Of a DNA stretch of 64,000 nucleotides, positions 58,074 to 64,000 are shown piece by piece. The stretch's first letter is position 1. Each line of letters begins with the position of its first letter. The stretch is from Candidatus Zambryskiibacteriota bacterium. GTDB lineage: Bacteria; Patescibacteriota; Minisyncoccia; Phycocordibacterales; Zambryskibacteraceae. The stretch spans positions 75,516 to 139,515 of the forward strand of contig JACPAD010000001.1 of the NCBI GenBank assembly GCA_016180955.1, read 5' to 3'. The translations under genes and the position numbers were made by a program. The notes under the pieces were generated by a model. It ran no database searches. It saw only the letters and a program-made list of their open reading frames with translations, and had not been told where the DNA came from.

Positions 58074-60032
58074 ATGAAGCAAGATTACAAAGATCCGTTT
58101 ATAGGCACGGTACGCGTCACAGGCAAAGGTGTCGGCTACTTTTCTTTACCCGCCGAAGCTAGGGCGTTGGCGGGCCTATTACCTAATGAAGATTTCGAAA
58201 TCCAGCCAGAGAATATCAATGCCGCGCTAAACCGCGACACCGTGCGTATAGAAGATTTAAAGAAAGAATTATTTGGCAGGAAGCAGGCTAAGGTAGTCGA
58301 GATTATCGAGCGCTACAAGACAGAATTCGTCGGCACTCTAGAGAAAGCTGATTCGCCGGCTGGCGGATTCTTTCTTGTGCCGGATGACAAGAGGATGTAT
58401 CGGGATATCTATGTCCCATTCGACTCCGCTCAAGGCGCCTCCGGGGGAGAAAAGGCGCAGGTAAAAATTACCGAATGGCCCGACTCGTCGAAAAGTCCGA
58501 AAGGAGAAGTAATGCGAGTCATCGGAGTAGCCGGGGAACACAACGCTGAGATGCTCGGCATTGTGTTCGAGTCTGGCTTCGAAGTGGACTTCCCCGCGGA
58601 AGTTGAGAATGAAGCGCAGGCTTGGAAAAAGAAGTATGAGAAGGAAGACAAATTGAAAGACCGCAAAGATTTCCGGGAAGTGACAACTTTTACCATCGAC
58701 CCCGCAGACGCCAAGGACTTCGACGATGCCATTTCCTTCAAAGTGCTGCCTAACGGAGATTATGAAGTCGGTATCCACATCGCTGACGTCTCACACTTCG
58801 TAGTGCCGAAGACCGAGCTCGATAAAGAAGCTCGTAAGCGCGGCACCTCCATCTATCTCGTGGACCGCACTATTCCAATGCTGCCGGAGATTCTATCAAA
58901 TGACCTCTGCTCTCTTAACCCGAACGAGCCGAAATACGCCTTTTCCGCCGTCTTTGTGATGAACAAGGAGGCGCAGGTCAAGGAGCGCTGGTTCGGCAAG
59001 ACTCTTATTGAGTCCGACAAGCGCTTCACTTACGAAGAGGCGCAGGAGATTTTGGACCAAAAATCTGGAATTTTTTATGAAGAACTAAATATCTTAAACG
59101 GACTGGCTTATAAACTACGCGAAGAGAAGTTTAGAAAAGGCGCCATCGACTTCGAGACCGAGGAGGTGAAGTTTGTGCTCGACGAGCTCGGCAAACCGAT
59201 TCGAGTGTACCGCAAGGAGCGCAAGGATACTCACAAACTCATAGAAGATTTCATGCTTTTAGCCAACCGCGAAGTAGCCACTTACATGAGTGCCGTTAAC
59301 CCCGAGCTAAGTCGAGGGGCCTTCGTCTACCGCATCCATGACACTCCGGACAGAGAAAAAATCCTCAATCTCGCCACCTTTGTCAAAGCGCTTGGCTTCG
59401 AGCTCAATAATAAAGAGGGGGAAACAACGGCTAGAGATATCGCTCAGATGCTCCGCTCGGTCGAAGGTACTTCTGCGGAAATGCTTGTCAAAACTGCCGC
59501 AGTGCGAGCCATGTCGAAAGCAATATACTCCACTTCAAACATCGGCCACTTCGGGTTGGCTTTCGAATACTACACCCACTTCACTTCTCCCATTCGCCGC
59601 TACCCTGACCTCATGGTGCATCGCTTGCTCTACCGATTCCTAAACAAAGGCCAGATCGAGCAAGATGAGGTCGTGAAGTATCAGAAGCTTTGCGACGACT
59701 CAAGCGAGCGCGAGATGGAAGCGGCAGAGGCCGAACGCGCTTCCATAAAGTACAAGCAAGTCGAATATATGCAGGAGCGCGTGGGTGAAATGTTTGACGC
59801 TATCATCTCCGGTATTTCAGAATGGGGTATTTATGTCGAAGAAGTCAATACTAAGGCCGAAGGCATGGTCAAGCTCCGCGATATGAAAGATGATTTCTAC
59901 GAATTGAACGAGAAGTTATACGCCATTGTCGGCAAAAATACCGGCAAGAAATATTCTCTCGGCGACCACCTCCGCGTTAAACTCATCGCCGCCGACCTGG
60001 AAAGGAAAATGCTGGACTTCGTGTTTGTGTAA
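58074..60032 (+). CDS. rnr: Ribonuclease R (RNB family exoribonuclease); ORF-track start trimmed to ATG at 58074 after the tRNAs
   Basis: Cold-shock/OB N-terminal domains. RNB motif HFGLAFEYYTHFTSPIRRYPDLMVHR. C-terminal S1 domain. Confidence 0.85.
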   Translation: MKQDYKDPFIGTVRVTGKGVGYFSLPAEARALAGLLPNEDFEIQPENINAALNRDTVRIEDLKKELFGRKQAKVVEIIERYKTEFVGTLEKADSPAGGFFLVPDDKRMYRDIYVPFDSAQGASGGEKAQVKITEWPDSSKSPKGEVMRVIGVAGEHNAEMLGIVFESGFEVDFPAEVENEAQAWKKKYEKEDKLKDRKDFREVTTFTIDPADAKDFDDAISFKVLPNGDYEVGIHIADVSHFVVPKTELDKEARKRGTSIYLVDRTIPMLPEILSNDLCSLNPNEPKYAFSAVFVMNKEAQVKERWFGKTLIESDKRFTYEEAQEILDQKSGIFYEELNILNGLAYKLREEKFRKGAIDFETEEVKFVLDELGKPIRVYRKERKDTHKLIEDFMLLANREVATYMSAVNPELSRGAFVYRIHDTPDREKILNLATFVKALGFELNNKEGETTARDIAQMLRSVEGTSAEMLVKTAAVRAMSKAIYSTSNIGHFGLAFEYYTHFTSPIRRYPDLMVHRLLYRFLNKGQIEQDEVVKYQKLCDDSSEREMEAAEAERASIKYKQVEYMQERVGEMFDAIISGISEWGIYVEEVNTKAEGMVKLRDMKDDFYELNEKLYAIVGKNTGKKYSLGDHLRVKLIAADLERKMLDFVFV

Positions 60033-60100
60033 ATTCCACCCACAGGTGTCAACCTGCCAGGTTGACACCTTGGGTGGACTGGCCTTTTTCTTTTCTGATT

Positions 60101-61906
60101 CTACTTAGCAACTTCGACAGCTTCATCAAAGGAAATAGAAAGAACTTTGGAGATACCACTCGAGCCCATAGTGACGCCGTAGATGACACCGGCGCGCAAC
60201 ATAGTTTCGCGGTTGTGGGTTATTAAAATAAGCTGGGAATATTTAGAAAGTGTCTCGACTAAATCCCCATATTTTTTTGAATTGGCTTCATCGAGAGCGG
60301 CATCGGTTTCATCAAGGATAATGAACGGCGGTGGATTAACAGCCGATATGGCAAAGATAAGCGCAATGGAAGTAAGCGCTCTCTCCCCGCCGGAGAGCAT
60401 CATCAGGCCCTTAACCTTCTTCCTCGGTAAATTTACTCTAATCTCTAAGCCTTCCTCCTTCGCTAAAGTTTCCGCCAATGCTAAAGCAGTGGCGGACAGG
60501 TCGGAGGACAAGTCTTCATCTTCCTTTGCTTCTTGTGTTAAAACAAGTTCTGCAACACCTCCGCCAAACATTTGGGCAAAAAGCTTCTGGAATTCTTTGT
60601 TGATATTGTCGAGCCCTGCTTTAAACTCCGTTCTAAGCCTCTCCTCGAGATCCCTGATGAGACCCTTAAGCGTATCGGCAGACTTCTCCAGATCGAGGAG
60701 CTCCTTGGTGAGAAATTCGTCCCGCTCGGAAGTCTCGCGATACTCCTTCATCATCTCATCCGATCCCATTGTGTTAGAATCTTCGAAGCGAATCTTTAAC
60801 CTTTCGAGCATTTTTCTTCTTTCTTCCTGTTTAGCTTGGTCTTCTTTATAAACTCCCGGTGTCCATGAAATTTTCCCAACTAAGCGCTCCAAATCTTGCA
60901 ATTCTTTTTTAAACTCTGCCTCTTCGAGTTCTTGGCGCTGCTTTTTTAACTTTTCTATCCTCGCTTTGGCTTCGGCCAAATTTTCTAGATTGCTATCGTG
61001 CTTTCTCTCGTGAATGAATTCTCCGATTCTTTTTATAATTGCTCCTACTTCTCCTAACAAACTCACTTCCTGATACAAATTCTCAACTTCTTTAAGTCGC
61101 ACGGTTTTGTGTTCATTCGATTGTAACTGCTTCCTTTCCCTCTCTAACATCTTCTCCTCGGTTATGATAATGCCATCAAGTTTGGCGAGTTCAGGTGAAG
61201 TTGGTATTTTGTGTTGAAAGTATTCCTTGGCAAGACTGACGAGTTCTTCACGCAGACTCTCAGTTTTTTCAAGCTTCTCAACCTGCTTTTGTAAGAATCT
61301 TAAATGCGGGGCAACTTCCTTTTTGAGCGCTTCCACTTGGGCGATATTTTCGAAGGTTTTCTCAAGCTTCCTTTCGCTCTCCAGCCGCTTGTATTGATAG
61401 AGCTTTAGGCCTAAGGCATCTTCGACCATACTTTTACGATCTACAGCCTTGGCGGAAATAATTTTGTCCGCCTCGCCTTGGGAAATGATGTGGTGGCCGG
61501 AAGTTCCGATGTGAGCTTTGGCCAGAAGTTCAATGATATCCTTCAACCGCACGGATGAACCGTTGACAAAATAATCATTGACTCCGTCGCGGTGCACTAC
61601 GCGTTCGATAGTCACTTCAGGGAAATCGATATCGAAGATCTTGTGTTCGTTATCAAAAGTAACCTTCACTCCCGCCATACCCGCTCGTGGTGAGTCTGTC
61701 GAACCATTCCAGATGAGATCCTCGCCGCGCTTGCCGCGCATGCTCTTGATACTCTGCTCCCCCAATACAAATCTGAACGCCTCCGCGACATTACTCTTAC
61801 CAGACCCATTGGGCCCCACAATAGCCGAAATCGGGGTATTAAATTCAAAAGAGTTCTTCTTGGCAAAAGATTTAAATCCCGATAACTCTATCGATTTTAG
61901 ATACAT
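60101..61906 (-). CDS. smc: SMC-family chromosome segregation ATPase with strongly shortened coiled coil (601 aa)
   Basis: N-terminal Walker A VGPNGSGKSN. C-terminal signature LSGGERALTSIALIFA plus Walker B ILDETDAALD. Confidence 0.75.
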   Translation of the reverse strand: MYLKSIELSGFKSFAKKNSFEFNTPISAIVGPNGSGKSNVAEAFRFVLGEQSIKSMRGKRGEDLIWNGSTDSPRAGMAGVKVTFDNEHKIFDIDFPEVTIERVVHRDGVNDYFVNGSSVRLKDIIELLAKAHIGTSGHHIISQGEADKIISAKAVDRKSMVEDALGLKLYQYKRLESERKLEKTFENIAQVEALKKEVAPHLRFLQKQVEKLEKTESLREELVSLAKEYFQHKIPTSPELAKLDGIIITEEKMLERERKQLQSNEHKTVRLKEVENLYQEVSLLGEVGAIIKRIGEFIHERKHDSNLENLAEAKARIEKLKKQRQELEEAEFKKELQDLERLVGKISWTPGVYKEDQAKQEERRKMLERLKIRFEDSNTMGSDEMMKEYRETSERDEFLTKELLDLEKSADTLKGLIRDLEERLRTEFKAGLDNINKEFQKLFAQMFGGGVAELVLTQEAKEDEDLSSDLSATALALAETLAKEEGLEIRVNLPRKKVKGLMMLSGGERALTSIALIFAISAVNPPPFIILDETDAALDEANSKKYGDLVETLSKYSQLILITHNRETMLRAGVIYGVTMGSSGISKVLSISFDEAVEVAK

Positions 61907-62118
61907 GCAAAAGATATTTTACCACAACGGCTCAACTTAATAAGATTTATACGATTTAATTGTCCTATAGGCAGATTAAATCGTATATGTTAATTTTACG
62001 CGGCCGTATTATTTTAACGTATGTCTATATATACATTATAACGATGCTATAGCTTTCTTATAATGTATTAAGTAATTTTTAAAAAACGAGAGGCGGACCA
62101 CGAAGGTCCGCCATGGAA

Positions 62119-62496
62119 CTACCGACCGCCGCTGTTGCGAAACGAGTGAGTCCTACCCGATACACGCCCAGAAGCAGGCAGGTCGTAGTTAGCCGCCTTA
62201 ATGAACTTGGTAGTGCGACAACGAGAGACGGGCTCGCGCCGACATTCCATTTCTGCTTGGCGCCCAACTTTGCCCTTTTCATAAGCGAGAGTGAGCTCGT
62301 CAAGATCAACGCCGTACGCAAGAGCAATCACGGGTAGCCTCTTTCGCGCCGGAAACCCGTTATAGGTATGCCATGCGCCCAAGCATTTCATACCTATTTC
62401 GCTTTCTAGCTGAGTGAAGTTTTTTCCCACTTTCGCTTTTGCTTCCGACAAAAAATCGCCGAAAGCTTTGTAATCGTCGATTTCTGCCATGTGCAC
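62119..62496 (-). CDS. Hypothetical protein with Arg-rich C-terminus, followed by a hairpin terminator at ~62088-62112
   Basis: The first ~75 aa are protein-like (MAEIDDYKAFGDFLSEAKAKVGKNF...). The C-terminal third is GC-rich and Arg-rich, so its true length is uncertain. Confidence 0.3.
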   Translation of the reverse strand: MHMAEIDDYKAFGDFLSEAKAKVGKNFTQLESEIGMKCLGAWHTYNGFPARKRLPVIALAYGVDLDELTLAYEKGKVGRQAEMECRREPVSRCRTTKFIKAANYDLPASGRVSGRTHSFRNSGGR

Positions 62497-62526
62497 CTCT
62501 AGAGAAATCTTACAATATTAAATTTA

Positions 62527-63216
62527 TTATTTCCACCCATTCTTCTCAAGTGCATCACGAGCGGCTTTTTGTTCGGCGTCTTGCTTGGACTTGCCTTCCC
62601 CTTCACCATAGACTTCGTTACCTACAGAGACACTGACGATGAAGTGCTTGTCGTGGTCGGGACCAGATTCGCGGATGGTTTTGTAAACAGGAGTGAAGCC
62701 CTTAAGCTCCTGCGCTTTCTCCTGGAAAAACGATTTAGCATCAATCCAAGTGCCTTCCCTAATAATTTCTTCCATCAATGGCGCCACGTGCATCAATATA
62801 AAATTTTTCGCCACTTCATAATTCTGGTCTAGATATATTGCGCCGATGACTGCTTCCAGAGTATTAGCCAAGATGTATTGGCGCGCCCGGCCGGTATCTT
62901 TGGCCTCCCCTTTCGAAAGCAGGAGAAATTCATTGGCTCCCAGAGCAGTGGCTACGCGTGCGCAAGTATCGGCATTGACCAGAGCCGAGCGCAAAGCTGT
63001 CATCTCGCCTTCAGCACTCTCCCTCATGCGGCCGTAAAGGTAGTCCGTAATGACAAGCTCCAGCACTGCATCGCCGAGAAATTCCAGCCGCTCATTGTGC
63101 TCGAGTCCGGAGTCGCGGTTCTCGTTGATATAAGAGCGATGCGTAAAAGCTTGCTTCAATAAGCGTTCGTCCTTAAACTTCACCCCCGCTGTTTCTTCAA
63201 ATTTAGAAAAATCCAT
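62527..63216 (-). CDS. rnc: Ribonuclease III
   Basis: Signature ERLEFLGDAVLELVITDYLY. C-terminal dsRBD (GPDHDKHFIVSVSVGNEVYGEGEGKSKQDAEQKAA). Confidence 0.9.
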   Translation of the reverse strand: MDFSKFEETAGVKFKDERLLKQAFTHRSYINENRDSGLEHNERLEFLGDAVLELVITDYLYGRMRESAEGEMTALRSALVNADTCARVATALGANEFLLLSKGEAKDTGRARQYILANTLEAVIGAIYLDQNYEVAKNFILMHVAPLMEEIIREGTWIDAKSFFQEKAQELKGFTPVYKTIRESGPDHDKHFIVSVSVGNEVYGEGEGKSKQDAEQKAARDALEKNGWK

Positions 63217-63304
63217 ATAGCGATACTAATCTACAAATGCATGCGAATTATACTAATGGAATTCCTATTCGTTTTATTCGTGTACATTCGCATATTGGTA
63301 TCGA

Positions 63305-63988
63305 TTACTTGCCTTCGGCAAGTTTGGTCAGAGCCTTGGTCACGATTGGCAGAATATCATCATAGAAATTAAGGTCAAGGATATCGGCAAGCTTAAACCA
63401 GCGCACGTCATCGAGCCCGCCCTTTTCTTCCTTCTGTTCGAGAGTCAGTTCCATAAAGGGCGCTTCGGCGAGAAAGTATGAGACATGCTTTACAATCTTG
63501 CCTTTTTCTGGGTGATAAGTCGAATAAGAATTTTCGCCCAACGGCTCCACAATCTTGATCGGAATTCCCAGTTCTTCTTTAACCTCTCGGATGAGACCTT
63601 CTTCAGTAGTCTCGTTGGCAATCTCCGGACTATCTCCTATCTTGCCTTTGGAAAGAGTCCAGTGGCCGAAGATGTCATGGACGAGCGCCAGATAAATATT
63701 CCCTTTGTGCTTGGCATAGACGACTGCCCCAGCGAGTCTCTCAACAGGCAACTGGTTAAGAGGAACATTGCCGTATTTTTTCTTCGGCTTGGATTGATCA
63801 TTTTTACCCGGCTCACCCATCTCTTTATAAACTGCGCCGAGAACACCGTTGACGAATTTGCCGGAAGTCTCGCCGCCGAAACTTTTGGCAAGCTCGATCG
63901 CTTCATTGATTGCCACTTTCGGCGGCACTTCGCGCCTATCAGCAAACAAAAGTTCCGCGAGTCCTATACGCAAAATGTTCCTGTCCAC
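63305..63988 (-). CDS. nusB: NusB C-terminal region fused in-frame to a NUDIX hydrolase domain (gene runs off the window end; N-terminus not seen)
   Basis: [46 protein letters not shown] matches the NusB C-terminal helices. Downstream Nudix box [34 protein letters not shown] in the same ORF. Confidence 0.5.
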   Translation of the reverse strand: MDRNILRIGLAELLFADRREVPPKVAINEAIELAKSFGGETSGKFVNGVLGAVYKEMGEPGKNDQSKPKKKYGNVPLNQLPVERLAGAVVYAKHKGNIYLALVHDIFGHWTLSKGKIGDSPEIANETTEEGLIREVKEELGIPIKIVEPLGENSYSTYHPEKGKIVKHVSYFLAEAPFMELTLEQKEEKGGLDDVRWFKLADILDLNFYDDILPIVTKALTKLAEGK

Positions 63989-64000
63989 CGGCGCAATCTT

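Noticed and set aside
62100-62340. GC-rich segment suspected to be a structured ncRNA (RNase P / SRP / tmRNA)
   Set aside because: No conserved motifs of those RNAs found. The region is covered by the 3' part of the minus-strand ORF 62119-62496 and ends in an ordinary hairpin terminator.

Overview
This 64-kb window looks like a compact, gene-dense bacterial chromosome. Core coding DNA is about 50% GC, and several housekeeping proteins are unusually short: DnaX 349-381 aa, IF-2 494 aa, SMC 601 aa. From that I infer a small-genome, CPR/Patescibacteria-like lineage; this is inference only. Housekeeping genes I can recognise: lemA (partial), groES-groEL, secG, a family-5 ABC substrate-binding protein, RNase J, ftsE-ftsX, dnaX, an ftsQ-like gene, serS, dprA, topA, parB, miaA, a NUDIX hydrolase, a sugar-phosphate nucleotidyltransferase, rpmG (L33, missed by the ORF track), clpB, a class-V cysteine desulfurase, infB-rbfA, RNase R, an SMC-like ATPase, rnc, and a NusB-NUDIX fusion truncated at the window edge. 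I found ten tRNA genes: Gln-CUG, Gln-UUG, Leu-CAA, Trp, Tyr, and a five-tRNA cluster Gly/Leu-UAA/Cys/Lys/Leu-UAG. The accessory content is: (1) an AT-rich island of about 9 kb inserted immediately 3' of tRNA-Gln(CUG), 8.9-17.8 kb. Its first part is a 3-kb cassette bounded by ~90-bp perfect inverted repeats. The cassette carries a large serine recombinase and a HEPN-containing two-gene module. Next comes a minus-strand NTase-VOC-membrane protein operon. The island ends with a tightly packed plus-strand five-gene operon: a GIY-YIG/T5orf172-like protein, an N6-adenine methyltransferase, a DUF262(DGQQR)+HNH nuclease, and two paralogous small proteins sharing a C-terminal wHTH-like domain. I consider that operon the best candidate for an uncharacterised defence system. 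(2) A three-gene signalling operon: receiver-only response regulator, FecR-domain protein, CHASE2 histidine kinase. Upstream of it are an orphan sigma-54 enhancer-binding protein and an HD-domain gene. (3) Large secreted proteins: a 1117-aa beta-helix/LamG protein with PE/PT linkers, and an 819-aa lipase. (4) An AT-rich patch of two YdeN-like hydrolases, an SDR and a PNPOx-like protein. The window also has several repeat and hairpin families: a duplicated ~70-nt structured element, a tandem 47-bp palindromic repeat, and a 13-bp palindrome in the groES/secG intergenic region. I found no CRISPR array and no rRNA.
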